DNA from: Fibrobacteria bacterium
Lineage (GTDB): Bacteria > Fibrobacterota > Fibrobacteria > UBA11236 > JADFYW01
Direction: 5' to 3'
Assembly: GCA_050294405.1 (NCBI GenBank)
Contig: JBNKOC010000012.1
Span: 384,001-448,000 of the forward strand
DNA length: 64,000 nt
Below the pieces are notes generated by a model. That model was given only the letters and a program-made list of their open reading frames with translations. It searched no databases and was not told where the DNA came from. The first letter of the stretch is position 1; each line of letters opens with the position of its first letter. Shown here one piece after another: positions 1 to 8,604 of this stretch. The translations under genes and the position numbers were made by a program.

Positions 1-22
1 ATGTTTATAAACGGAGGCCACA

Positions 23-1126
23 ATGGAAAAAACAAAAAATATGTTCATATTATGTATTGTGTTAGTATTATGTTCTTGGCAAGCGGGTCTTGCAAAGGAT
101 TATAAACCGATGTCCGAAGCTCAAATTGCAAAACTTAAAAGGGTAAAACAAAAATTAGTGGACCCGCCAGATTTCCCGAAACACGAACAAACTGCCAGCG
201 AGTTTAAAATTGTGGAAGTGGACTTGCCTATAATTGAAAAAGAAATTGTAATAGACGATCAGGGCACGAAGATATGGGCTTTTACCTATAACGGAACCGT
301 GCCCGGCCCAATGATAGTGGTACATGAAGGCGATTATTTAGAGTTCAATTTGAAAAACGTTAAAACCAATCTATTGGAACACAATATAGATTTTCATGCA
401 TCCACAGGAGCATTAGGAGCCGGAGGTTTAACCCATGTCGCTCCTGGGGAGGAAGTGAAAGTGCGGTTTAGAGCCACAAAATCAGGTACTTTTGTGTATC
501 ATTGCGCTCCGGGAGGATTCATGATTCCCTGGCATGTTGTTCACGGCATGAATGGAGCTATTACTGTTCTGCCAAGAAATGGCCTTTCAGACGGTGAAGG
601 AAACCGTATTAAATATGATAGGGCTTATTATATAGGCGAGCAAGATTTCTATATCAAAAAGGGTGAAGATGGAAAGTATAAAAGCTATGAAAACGCCATT
701 CAATCTTCTAACGACGATTTAGAAGTAATGGCAACCTTAACTCCATCCCATATTGTATTTAATGGAAAAGTCGGCTCCATGACAGGAGACAATGCCATGA
801 AAGCAAAAGTAGGCGAGACAGTTTTGTTTGTTCATAGCCAGGCAAACTATGATACCAGACCACATTTAATTGGTGGCCATGGAGATTATGTATGGGAAAG
901 GGGCTCTTTTAATGATAAACCCGAAACGGGATTGGAGACCTGGTTTATCGCAGGTGGAAGTGCGGGAGCTGCCATTTATAACTTTAAGCAGCCTGGAGTA
1001 TACGCTTATGTGAACCATAACTTGATTCAGGCAGTGGTTAAAGGAGCTACAGCTCATGTTAAAGTCGATGGCAAATGGAATGATGATTTGATGAAACAAA
1101 TTTCCAAGCCTAAAAAATTGAAATAA
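23..1126 (+). CDS. nirK: Copper-containing nitrite reductase, class I type, with signal peptide
   Basis: [40 protein letters not shown] and YAYVNHNLI supply the type-1/type-2 Cu ligands and catalytic Asp/His. RBS GGAGG at 12-16. Confidence 0.97.
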   Translation: MEKTKNMFILCIVLVLCSWQAGLAKDYKPMSEAQIAKLKRVKQKLVDPPDFPKHEQTASEFKIVEVDLPIIEKEIVIDDQGTKIWAFTYNGTVPGPMIVVHEGDYLEFNLKNVKTNLLEHNIDFHASTGALGAGGLTHVAPGEEVKVRFRATKSGTFVYHCAPGGFMIPWHVVHGMNGAITVLPRNGLSDGEGNRIKYDRAYYIGEQDFYIKKGEDGKYKSYENAIQSSNDDLEVMATLTPSHIVFNGKVGSMTGDNAMKAKVGETVLFVHSQANYDTRPHLIGGHGDYVWERGSFNDKPETGLETWFIAGGSAGAAIYNFKQPGVYAYVNHNLIQAVVKGATAHVKVDGKWNDDLMKQISKPKKLK

Positions 1127-1145
1127 AAATTTACACTACGATACC

Positions 1146-1895
1146 ATGTTACCTTTTATCTGGATTCTTATGTCAATCTGCATTATGTTTGTTGAAGCCC
1201 AATTATCCATTGAGATGGTAAAAATACCAAAAGGTAGCATGGTATACTCTGTTCCGTTAACAAGTTTTATTGAACCGCAATTTTTAAATGTGCCTGTTTC
1301 GATAAAAGAGGATTTTTTAATTGGGAAACATGAAATTACTTATAAACAGTGGAACGAATGTGTTAAGGATAGTAGTTGCCGATCCAGGCCTTTTCCCGGA
1401 AAAGATTCAACCTTGGATTACCCGGTGGTAAAAGTAACTTGGCACGACGCTTATATGTTTTCTAAATGGCTTACAAAAAAAACGGGGAAAAAATACCGAT
1501 TGCCCACTGAGCATGAATGGTTCTATGCCTCCTCTATGGGAAAAAACAGACAAGAAAAATCATATGAGTATGATTATTCTGATCTGGAAGAAATACGGCG
1601 AGTGCCAAAAATCATAAAAAAAGCAGGCTATTTTGGGGAAAACGAATGGGGCTTGTCAGATGTTACAGGCAACGTATGGGAATGGACGCTTGCCTGTTAT
1701 GCCTTGGCTGAGGAAAGCCTGTTGGCTTTTCAAAATCCCGATTCGTTAAACGATGCGAACTTATGTTCTACAAGAATTACAGGAGGGGAACATAGGGCTC
1801 ATGTACCTGATTTTATTGAGGATACTTATAATGGTGGTTGCTCCACTTTAAAACCCGCATCAAACCTTGGATTTAGATTAGTACTTGAGGAATAA
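1146..1895 (+). CDS. nirV: NirV-like formylglycine-generating-enzyme (FGE/SUMF1) domain protein
   Basis: HEIT, PVVKVTWHDA, YRLPTEHEW, GNVWEWT and NLGFRLV motifs. Lies directly downstream of nirK, the usual nirV position. Confidence 0.85.
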   Translation: MLPFIWILMSICIMFVEAQLSIEMVKIPKGSMVYSVPLTSFIEPQFLNVPVSIKEDFLIGKHEITYKQWNECVKDSSCRSRPFPGKDSTLDYPVVKVTWHDAYMFSKWLTKKTGKKYRLPTEHEWFYASSMGKNRQEKSYEYDYSDLEEIRRVPKIIKKAGYFGENEWGLSDVTGNVWEWTLACYALAEESLLAFQNPDSLNDANLCSTRITGGEHRAHVPDFIEDTYNGGCSTLKPASNLGFRLVLEE

Positions 1896-1899
1896 CAGA

Positions 1900-2508
1900 A
1901 TGGATTTTCGACAAATTAATATGGCTTTGATAATTATTTTAGGTAGCGCGCTCCTTGCATTTTCTAATTGCCATCCTGGTCATGAGGATGCCATACATTC
2001 CAAAGAAAATAAAGGGATAAACCCCTACCATATTACCGCTAAATACGAATTAATGGATGTTAAATCAGGAGAAATGGTTTCCCAGGATAATTTTAAGGGA
2101 AAGCTACAAGTTATTTTTTTTGGCTTTACATATTGCCAAACAATTTGCCCAGTCGGGCTGCAAAACCTAAAAGCTGTTTTAAATGAGCTTGGAGACAAGG
2201 CGGATGATATAAGTCCCATATTTATCAGTTTTGATTTACAAAGAGATTCTGCCTCTGTGGTTCAAAATTTTATTGGAAATTTTGATTCGAGAATTGTAGG
2301 ACTTATTGGAAATGAAAAACAAATGAGTCAAACGCTGAAATCCTTTAGAATTGAATACCATAAAATTGGCGATTCGAAAAATCCGGCATTTCAAATGGAT
2401 CACCCCGCTGTTTTTATGATTGTTGGAAAAAAAGGGGAGTTTTTGGGCTCATTGCCCAGCTCAGGGGATCCTAAAACCTTAGCGAAAAATATCCAAGACT
2501 GGTTGTAA
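1900..2508 (+). CDS. SCO1/SenC family copper chaperone
   Basis: FFGFTYCQTICP (CxxxC) plus distal His in MDHP; N-terminal membrane/lipoprotein segment. ATG at 1900 with GAGG RBS preferred over the ORF-track TTG at 1885. Confidence 0.92.
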   Translation: MDFRQINMALIIILGSALLAFSNCHPGHEDAIHSKENKGINPYHITAKYELMDVKSGEMVSQDNFKGKLQVIFFGFTYCQTICPVGLQNLKAVLNELGDKADDISPIFISFDLQRDSASVVQNFIGNFDSRIVGLIGNEKQMSQTLKSFRIEYHKIGDSKNPAFQMDHPAVFMIVGKKGEFLGSLPSSGDPKTLAKNIQDWL

Positions 2509-2616
2509 TGCGCTTTTTTTTGGTGAATTTAATGTAAAAATTGAGAGAGAAAAATTTATTTCAAATTGCGGTTAGATATTGTGCTATTTTAATCTGAAAT
2601 AATTTATTATCTCTCT

Positions 2617-4167
2617 ATGAATTCAAAAAACGGAATTACAGGCTTGGATATAGCCTCAATTAATGATGCCATTGTAAATACAGTCATTGATGGCCTTTTT
2701 ACCATTGATGAAAAAGGCATTATCATTCATACCAATAAGACCGCAGGCTCTATGTTTGGGTACGAGTTGAGCGAATTGATTGGGCAAAATATTTCCCTTA
2801 TTATGCCCCAGCCCTATAGAGGGGAGCACGATGGTTATTTAGAACATTATTTGAGCACTGGGATTAAAAAAATAATTGGGATAGGCCGTGAAGTATTAGG
2901 GCAGAAAAAAAGTGGTGAAATTTTCCCTATTTCCATTCGTGTTGCGGAAATCAACGATGGAGATTTGCGCTGTTTTACGGGCATTGTTAGGGACCTCACC
3001 ACCGAAAAAAAATTGCAGGAGCAGCTAAGGCAATCACAGAAGCTAGAGGCCACAGGGCGCCTGGCTGGCGGAGTGGCCCACGATTACAACAACATCCTGG
3101 CAACTATAATGCTAAACTCTGATTTCCTTCAGGAAGAGCTTGAAGGCAATACGCAAGCCTTGGAAGATTTAAAGCAGATTGAAGCTGCGGTAGAGCGGGG
3201 CATGAATCTCACTAAGCAGCTTTTAGCTTTTAGCAAGTCTCAGGTATTAAACATGGAAGTATTAAATCTGGATGAAATTGTTCTGGATTTAATGAAGATG
3301 TTAAAACGGTTAATAGGCGAGGATATTAAGTTGGATATATCTGCCAACTCTTCTTCCGAATCTGTTTATGCGGACCGAATTCAAATGGAGCAGATTTTAA
3401 TGAATCTGGTAATAAATTCCCGCGATGCCATGCCCGGTGGGGGACAGATGATCATCAGTACCAACTTAATAGATATTGATGTTAAGGAGATTATTCCTAA
3501 CATTGATCTTCGACCAGGAAAGTTTGTGGTTCTCAATGTGGAAGATAATGGCCATGGCATGGATGCGGAGACATTGACCAGAATTTTCGAGCCCTTTTTT
3601 ACCACAAAAGATGAACATAAAGGCACAGGACTTGGCCTGTCTACTGTTTACGGAATCGTTCATCAATTGGGCGGGAGCGTCAAAGCTTACAGTGAGCTGG
3701 ATAAGGGTACCTCAATTAAAATTTATTTACCTGTTTATTCTGAGGGAAAACCCGAAAAATCCGCTTCAGCGAATTCAGATAAAAGCTTCAAAGCCAAGGG
3801 AAATATTTTGCTCATTGAAGATGAAGAGGATGTTAGAAGGTCCGTAGCCAAAGTCCTAAGCCGTTTTGGTTACAATGTATTGGCCGCAAAAAATGGCGAA
3901 GAAGCAGTAAAAATATCTCTGGAATATAAAGACAATATCAGGGTGATGTTATCAGATGTAATATTGCCGGATAAAAGCGGTCCGAAAATATACGATGAAG
4001 TAAAGATGTATCAGGCTGAAATAAAGGCCATTTTTATGAGTGGTTATACCGATAAATTTATTACTGAATATGAAGAATACTTTACCGAAGACAATTTTAT
4101 CCAGAAGCCTTTTTCGGTAAACCAGCTTTCCGATAAGTTGCGAAGCTTTTTTGGGACAGAGATATAA
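2617..4167 (+). CDS. Hybrid sensor histidine kinase: FixL-like heme PAS + HisKA + HATPase + receiver
   Basis: PAS segment MPQPYRGEHDGYLEHY..KIIGIGREVLG resembles FixL heme-PAS; H-box AHDYNN; DNGHGM, FFTTK, GTGLGL; C-terminal REC (LIEDE..SDVILP..KPF). Confidence 0.9.
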   Translation: MNSKNGITGLDIASINDAIVNTVIDGLFTIDEKGIIIHTNKTAGSMFGYELSELIGQNISLIMPQPYRGEHDGYLEHYLSTGIKKIIGIGREVLGQKKSGEIFPISIRVAEINDGDLRCFTGIVRDLTTEKKLQEQLRQSQKLEATGRLAGGVAHDYNNILATIMLNSDFLQEELEGNTQALEDLKQIEAAVERGMNLTKQLLAFSKSQVLNMEVLNLDEIVLDLMKMLKRLIGEDIKLDISANSSSESVYADRIQMEQILMNLVINSRDAMPGGGQMIISTNLIDIDVKEIIPNIDLRPGKFVVLNVEDNGHGMDAETLTRIFEPFFTTKDEHKGTGLGLSTVYGIVHQLGGSVKAYSELDKGTSIKIYLPVYSEGKPEKSASANSDKSFKAKGNILLIEDEEDVRRSVAKVLSRFGYNVLAAKNGEEAVKISLEYKDNIRVMLSDVILPDKSGPKIYDEVKMYQAEIKAIFMSGYTDKFITEYEEYFTEDNFIQKPFSVNQLSDKLRSFFGTEI

Positions 4168-4177
4168 GTTGCTAATG

Positions 4178-4210
4178 TGACCTAATTGCATGTGATTTGC
4201 CATTCTGACA
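4178..4210. promoter_or_regulatory. Tandem putative enhancer (UAS) boxes TGACC-TAA-TTGCA and TGCCA-TTC-TGACA
   Basis: Two TGNCA-N3-TGNCA-like boxes at 4178 and 4198 (20 bp apart), about 65 bp upstream of a sigma-54 motif. Confidence 0.55.
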
Positions 4211-4274
4211 CGCGCACATATTCTAATCAAAAAAATTCCCCTTGTTTTTTAGGTCTCTAGCCTAAAAAGGAATT

Positions 4275-4290
4275 TGGCACTTGCTTTGCA
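4275..4290 (+). promoter_or_regulatory. Sigma-54 (-24/-12) promoter
   Basis: TGGCAC-TTGCT-TTGCA is an exact match to TGGCAC-N5-TTGC(A/T), upstream of ORF 4331. Confidence 0.8.
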
Positions 4291-4330
4291 TAATGTTAGG
4301 TAAAAAAGCCACAACTGGGAATCAATTATT

Positions 4331-4624
4331 TTGACTGAATTGCATGCTAAATTTCCACTTTCAGCCCAAGAACAGGTTTTATTGCGAAGGAACCTGGAAT
4401 TTTTGGATTTAATTAATGATGATATCCAGGATATTCAGCTGAATCTTGAAAATACCATTAATGATAAAATAAGGCTTCGGCTAAAAGTTGTATTGGCGGG
4501 ACTGGGTTCCTTATTATTTACCGAAGAAGGCAGCGGCCTTGAAGAAGCCATAAATGGTCTCTTTCAAAAGGTGCGGCACCAGCTAAACCAATTGATGGCT
4601 GGAAATGACGAGTATATCGCTTAA
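4331..4624 (+). CDS. Hypothetical helical protein (97 aa)
   Basis: TTG-start ORF filling the gap just downstream of the sigma-54 promoter; no recognised family. Confidence 0.55.
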   Translation: MTELHAKFPLSAQEQVLLRRNLEFLDLINDDIQDIQLNLENTINDKIRLRLKVVLAGLGSLLFTEEGSGLEEAINGLFQKVRHQLNQLMAGNDEYIA

Positions 4625-4632
4625 AAAAGCCC

Positions 4633-4661
4633 TTGACTAAATATAAGAATATTCTTATATT
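4633..4661 (+). promoter_or_regulatory. Sigma-70-type promoter overlapped by a perfect 22-bp palindromic ArsR-type operator
   Basis: TTGACT (4633) -17 bp- TATATT (4656); palindrome AATATAAGAAT/ATTCTTATATT at 4640-4661. Confidence 0.75.
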
Positions 4662-4668
4662 ATTATAA

Positions 4669-4968
4669 ATGAAGGGTAAAAAGCTAATGGAGTTAGTAAG
4701 CCATGCCAAGTCGGCTTCAGAAATGTTGAAGGGGTTGTCTCACGAAACCAGATTGCTGACTATTTGTTTTATCGGCCAAGGGGAAAAAAATGTGCAGGAG
4801 CTCGAAGAGTTTTTAGGCACTACCCAGGCTAATATCTCCCAGCATTTAGCTAAGCTAAGGGGCCTTGGAATTTTAGAAAACAGAAAAGAGGGTAATCAGG
4901 TTTTTTATCGAATTAAAAATCCAGAAACTTTAAAACTGGTAAAGGTTCTTCAAAGCATCTATTGTTAA
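4669..4968 (+). CDS. ArsR/SmtB family regulator, SqrR/BigR/HlyU-like
   Basis: LKGLSHETRLLTIC..SQHLAKLR..RKEGNQVFY wHTH, with one Cys in helix 2 and a C-terminal IYC (the two-Cys arrangement of SqrR/BigR). Alternative start at 4687. Confidence 0.9.
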   Translation: MKGKKLMELVSHAKSASEMLKGLSHETRLLTICFIGQGEKNVQELEEFLGTTQANISQHLAKLRGLGILENRKEGNQVFYRIKNPETLKLVKVLQSIYC

Positions 4969-4992
4969 AAAAATTTAAAATTATAAATAAGT

Positions 4993-5012
4993 AAATAAGA
5001 ATATACTTATAT
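4993..5012. promoter_or_regulatory. Second copy of the ArsR-type operator, upstream of trxA
   Basis: AAATAAGAATATACTTATAT matches the 4641-4660 palindrome at 18/20 positions. Confidence 0.7.
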
Positions 5013-5024
5013 AAGGAGGAGAAA

Positions 5025-5369
5025 ATGAGTACAGAGATTAAAGGAAAAGTGGTTCATTTAACCGACAATAATTTTGCTGAATTTATTCAGAATCACAAAG
5101 GTTTGGTTTTGGTAGATTTTTGGGCTGAATGGTGCGGCCCATGCCGGATGCTTGGCCCTGTTTTAGAAGACATCGCTTCTGAAATGGTATCCGAAGTTAC
5201 AGTTGCGAAATTTAATGTGGATGAGAATCCATCGGTAGCTGGCCAAATGGGTATTAGAAGTATTCCTGCGGTAAAGTTTTTTAAGGGGGGGCAGGAAGTG
5301 TTTTCGCAGGTTGGTGCCTATCCCAAAGACTATTGGGTGGATGTTATTGAGAAAATAAACAGAGGATAA
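5025..5369 (+). CDS. trxA: Thioredoxin
   Basis: VDFWAEWCGPC active site, SIP cis-Pro motif, strong RBS AAGGAGG. Confidence 0.96.
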   Translation: MSTEIKGKVVHLTDNNFAEFIQNHKGLVLVDFWAEWCGPCRMLGPVLEDIASEMVSEVTVAKFNVDENPSVAGQMGIRSIPAVKFFKGGQEVFSQVGAYPKDYWVDVIEKINRG

Positions 5370-5371
5370 CC

Positions 5372-5542
5372 ATGCCGATAACCGTTTGGAAAGGAATTGC
5401 GGGTGCTTTAGTTGGCGGATTGCTGGGCTATGGCTATTACCGCTACATTGGTTGCAGCACCGGGGCTTGTCCCCTTACCAGCAATCCATTTATTTCAACA
5501 ATATATGGCGCCTTTATTGGCGCCGCTTTAGCGGCCAGCTAA
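5372..5542 (+). CDS. Small 56-aa membrane protein, DUF6132-like (not in the ORF track)
   Basis: Translated by hand: MPITVWKGIAGALVGGLLGYGYYRYIGCSTGACPLTSNPFISTIYGAFIGAALAAS. Two hydrophobic segments flank GCxxGxCPxTSNP; RBS AGAGGA. Confidence 0.8.
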   Translation: MPITVWKGIAGALVGGLLGYGYYRYIGCSTGACPLTSNPFISTIYGAFIGAALAAS

Positions 5543-5568
5543 GTGACATTTATGTATAGGAGGTTGAT

Positions 5569-5967
5569 TTGAGTTACTATTTTTCACTGGAAACAGACAA
5601 AAACTGGGATGCCGTTGAAGCGGCGCTGACCGTTGCCTTGAAGGAACAGGGTTTTGGAATTCTAACCACCATTGATGTGATGGAAACCTTGAAGAAAAAA
5701 ATCGGGGCGCAAATTCTACCCTATAAAATCTTTGGTGCCTGCAATCCAGGATTTGCTCATAAGGCAATTACCCAGGAGCCCGATATTGGTTTGATGTTGC
5801 CTTGCAATATAGTTGTGAGGGAATTGGAAAATGGGAATAAAAAAATAAGCGTTATTGACCCTCCGGCATCTATGATGGCTGTTCAAAATGAAGGCCTTGG
5901 CGGCTTGGCAGAAGAAGTGCAGGAAAGATTAAAAAAAGTTTTAACAAAATTAAAAGGGGAATTGTAA
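5569..5967 (+). CDS. DUF302 domain protein
   Basis: LKEQGFGILTTIDV, YKIFGACNP, IGLMLPCNIVV; RBS AGGAGG before TTG. Confidence 0.9.
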   Translation: MSYYFSLETDKNWDAVEAALTVALKEQGFGILTTIDVMETLKKKIGAQILPYKIFGACNPGFAHKAITQEPDIGLMLPCNIVVRELENGNKKISVIDPPASMMAVQNEGLGGLAEEVQERLKKVLTKLKGEL

Positions 5968-5972
5968 GCCTT

Positions 5973-6362
5973 ATGAAAGTAGCGAGCATTTTACTGGGTG
6001 TTTTTTTCTTATTTGCCTGCCAGGCTGAAACGAACAGTGCTGTTGAAAATGTTAATGCTGGCAAATTTTACGAGGCGCTTCAGAAAAAAGACAATAACAT
6101 TTTACTTGTAGATGTGAGAACATCAGCGGAATATGCATCCGGCCATATCGAAGGGTCTATTCTAAAAGATGTTAGCTCCCCTGGATTTGAAAAGTCTTTT
6201 GCAGATATTCCCAAAGAGAAAGCTATTTATGTATACTGCCGTAGCGGAGCGAGAAGCGGTCGGGCGGCGGGAATTTTAGCCAAACAAGGGTTTCAAAAAA
6301 TTGTGAATATGGAAGATGGCATCATTTCCTGGCAGCAAAACTCTTTTCCGGTGGTAAGATAA
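5973..6362 (+). CDS. Rhodanese-domain lipoprotein (sulfurtransferase)
   Basis: Lipobox LFAC; LVDVRT.EY..GHIEGS; active-site loop CRSGARS; MEDGI..W. Confidence 0.9.
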   Translation: MKVASILLGVFFLFACQAETNSAVENVNAGKFYEALQKKDNNILLVDVRTSAEYASGHIEGSILKDVSSPGFEKSFADIPKEKAIYVYCRSGARSGRAAGILAKQGFQKIVNMEDGIISWQQNSFPVVR

Positions 6363-6365
6363 AAA

Positions 6366-6578
6366 ATGGACAAGTGGATAGCGCCCATATTAGTTGCAGC
6401 AACACTTGGCTTGGCCCCTTTTTTTCCGGAGCCACATATATGGAAGCAGTTAAAAAACATAGCAAATGGAACTTTTACCCAACCCATAGACTGGCTTGAT
6501 CTGGTTATGCATGGTGCGCCCTGGGGATATTTGTTTTATAAAATTGCCTTGAGTTTTAAAAAGGAGAAGGGAAAATGA
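6366..6578 (+). CDS. Small conserved membrane protein (70 aa)
   Basis: LGLAPFFPEPHIW..DLVMHG pattern; tightly packed in the operon. Confidence 0.7.
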   Translation: MDKWIAPILVAATLGLAPFFPEPHIWKQLKNIANGTFTQPIDWLDLVMHGAPWGYLFYKIALSFKKEKGK

Positions 6579-6766
6579 AAAACATGAGTAACATTGATAA
6601 AAGCGCTCGAATTATAATTGCAATAATTGCTGCGGTTTTAATTGGAACCGGAGTTTTGTCAGGGTGGGTAGCTATGATTGCGGGATTGTTGGCGGCCATT
6701 TTTGTGCTCACCAGCCTAGTGGGCTTTTGCCCCCTTTATAAGGTTTTTGGAATTAAAACCAATTAA
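6575..6766 (+). CDS. DUF2892 / YgaP-like transmembrane protein
   Basis: MKNM..D...R, two TM segments, TSLVGFCPLY..FGI.T; ATGA overlap with the upstream gene. Confidence 0.88.
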   Translation: MKNMSNIDKSARIIIAIIAAVLIGTGVLSGWVAMIAGLLAAIFVLTSLVGFCPLYKVFGIKTN

Positions 6767-6984
6767 AGCTGAGCTTTGAAAAAGGGCGTTGCGGACCACG
6801 CGTAAATATCCCTGGCCTTAAAAAAGGGGTTTTAATTGAATTTTTGTGGAAAATTGCCAAAAAGGGATGGAAAACGCTATTTTTGTATTCTATATAAAAT
6901 AATTATTTTTAATAAATACTTTTTATTAGTTAAAAAAAGCATTTTTTGTATTCCAAAATAATTTTTTTTTGTATATTTAAATTT

Positions 6985-7824
6985 ATGCAGTGGAATTCAA
7001 ATTCAACTTTTGCGTGGAAAGCGCTCCTTTTTGGAGGAATGCTGTCTTTCTCTCCGGCATTGGAACTTTCACACATTTCTTTAGGAACCTCTTTTTGGCA
7101 TAGCAGCCTTAAAAGCAGCACAGAGGGTCTTAGGTCTGAGGGCTTTAATTATTACTCTTTGCCGTCTTTAAGCTTTGGATTTCGGCATGGGTCCCTTTTC
7201 GGACAAATCAGTCTTCCTTTAACTTACTCTATTCAGGGCGATGAAAGTAATTACGGTTTCGGAGACGGAAATTTATTACTGGGTTATAGCTACCATAGTT
7301 TAAAAATTTATGCAGGTTCTAAGTTTGCATTCTATAGTCCTAATCAAATTACCGAGAGCCCTTTTTTGGGTTCTGGTAACATTACTCCCTATGTTGCTGT
7401 AGCCTATTCGGCTGGTTTTGGTGGAAATATCCCAAAACTAAAATGGGGTAGCGGGGCTAAATTCAACTTGCCTATTGAGAGCTCATTTACAGATTACAAT
7501 TTGCTTTTGGGCTCCTGGTCAGCCCAATGGAGCGCTAAATTAAGTTATTCGGGATTAAAGCCTTTTAGCTTTTCTTTCGATGGAAATTTAAGTTTGGCTA
7601 ATAATTTGTGGAAATTTGGAACAGTATATGTGGATGAAAGTGATTACAGCTTGGGCTTGGGCCCGGCAGTTAGTTATAAATTGGCTCCAGGTTACTATTT
7701 AGGCCTTTCTGGGGGTTATGTAATATGGAACTACAACAATCAATTCTTTTCTAACTCTAACTCTGATTTTTCCGAGGAGAAAAATTCTTTTTACTTGAAT
7801 TTGGCTTTCTCCAAATACTTTTAA
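6985..7824 (+). CDS. Putative outer-membrane beta-barrel (transporter-like)
   Basis: Signal-peptide-like N-terminus, alternating aromatic beta-strand pattern, GFGD and LGSG motifs, C-terminal Phe. ATG 6985 preferred over TTG 6946. Confidence 0.6.
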   Translation: MQWNSNSTFAWKALLFGGMLSFSPALELSHISLGTSFWHSSLKSSTEGLRSEGFNYYSLPSLSFGFRHGSLFGQISLPLTYSIQGDESNYGFGDGNLLLGYSYHSLKIYAGSKFAFYSPNQITESPFLGSGNITPYVAVAYSAGFGGNIPKLKWGSGAKFNLPIESSFTDYNLLLGSWSAQWSAKLSYSGLKPFSFSFDGNLSLANNLWKFGTVYVDESDYSLGLGPAVSYKLAPGYYLGLSGGYVIWNYNNQFFSNSNSDFSEEKNSFYLNLAFSKYF

Positions 7825-7923
7825 CCATCATGAGACAAATTTATTGTAACGTAGCTCTCAGATTCTTACTTATTTAATTATTGAGAATGAACTTCCCTCA
7901 ATAATTTAACCTAAGGACAAAAA

Positions 7924-8220
7924 ATGAAAAAATGGAATAAAAAATCTTTGGCTGAGTTGGCGTTAATGGGTCTTATGGCAGGGGGCCTTTCCCTTACCGC
8001 CTGCGATAAAAAGGAAAGCGAAAATAAAGCTGCTGAAAAAACGCCACTGGAAAAATTTAAAGAAGAGTGCGAAGCTGCCGGCAAACAATATGAAGATATA
8101 GCATCTTGTTCGGGCAACTCCACTTGTGCCGGAGAATTTATGAATTCTAGTACAAATGAAAAAACAGTCCACGATTGCGCCGGAAAAAATTCCTGCATGG
8201 GGGGAAACTGTAAAGGATAA
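7924..8220 (+). CDS. Cys-rich lipoprotein; putative MNIO (DUF692) RiPP precursor 1
   Basis: Leader ending in lipobox LTAC; six further Cys including CSGNSTC and HDCAGKNSCMGGNC; upstream of DUF692. Confidence 0.75.
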   Translation: MKKWNKKSLAELALMGLMAGGLSLTACDKKESENKAAEKTPLEKFKEECEAAGKQYEDIASCSGNSTCAGEFMNSSTNEKTVHDCAGKNSCMGGNCKG

Positions 8221-8252
8221 TTTTTAACTCAACAAAAAACCTGGAGGACAAA

Positions 8253-8552
8253 ATGAAAAAAGTAAATGGAAAATCATTAGCTCAGCTGGCCCTTATAGGC
8301 CTTATGGCGGGCGGGGTATCACTAACTGGTTGTAAAAAATCAACTAGCAGTGACGGAGATGGAACGGCTGAAGCCCTGTCTAAATTTAAAACTAGCTGTG
8401 AAGCGGGTGGTGGAACCTATAAAGAAATTGCCTCCTGTACCGGTACAGGCTCTTGTAAGGGTACATCTTATGATACGGCAACTGGTAAGGAAACCGCTCA
8501 TGATTGTGCGGGTATGAATACTTGTGCCGGTGCCCAATGCCTGGAAAGTTAA
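8253..8552 (+). CDS. Cys-rich lipoprotein; putative MNIO RiPP precursor 2 (paralog of 7924)
   Basis: Leader KSLAQLALIGLMAGGVSLTGC; same six-Cys spacing (CTGTGSC, HDCAGMNTCAGAQC); RBS GGAGG. Confidence 0.75.
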   Translation: MKKVNGKSLAQLALIGLMAGGVSLTGCKKSTSSDGDGTAEALSKFKTSCEAGGGTYKEIASCTGTGSCKGTSYDTATGKETAHDCAGMNTCAGAQCLES

Positions 8553-8578
8553 TGTTTTAGTATTATTAGATTTCCTGA

Positions 8579-8594
8579 GGGGGCGTTAGCCCCC
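8579..8594 (+). other. GC-rich stem-loop between the precursor genes and the MNIO gene
   Basis: GGGGGC-GTTA-GCCCCC; no long U tract. Confidence 0.5.
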
Positions 8595-8604
8595 AAATTT
8601 GTTT

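Noticed and set aside
1146..1895. Sulfatase-activating FGE or DGR target protein
   Set aside because: No sulfatase or reverse transcriptase nearby; its position after nirK fits NirV.
4331..4624. Hpt phosphotransfer protein for the hybrid kinases
   Set aside because: Helical and of suitable size, but no H-x-x-K-G-type motif is visible.
7825..7923. ECF sigma promoter upstream of the RiPP precursors (TGTAAC at 7845)
   Set aside because: No convincing -10 element at the expected spacing and no ECF gene in the window.
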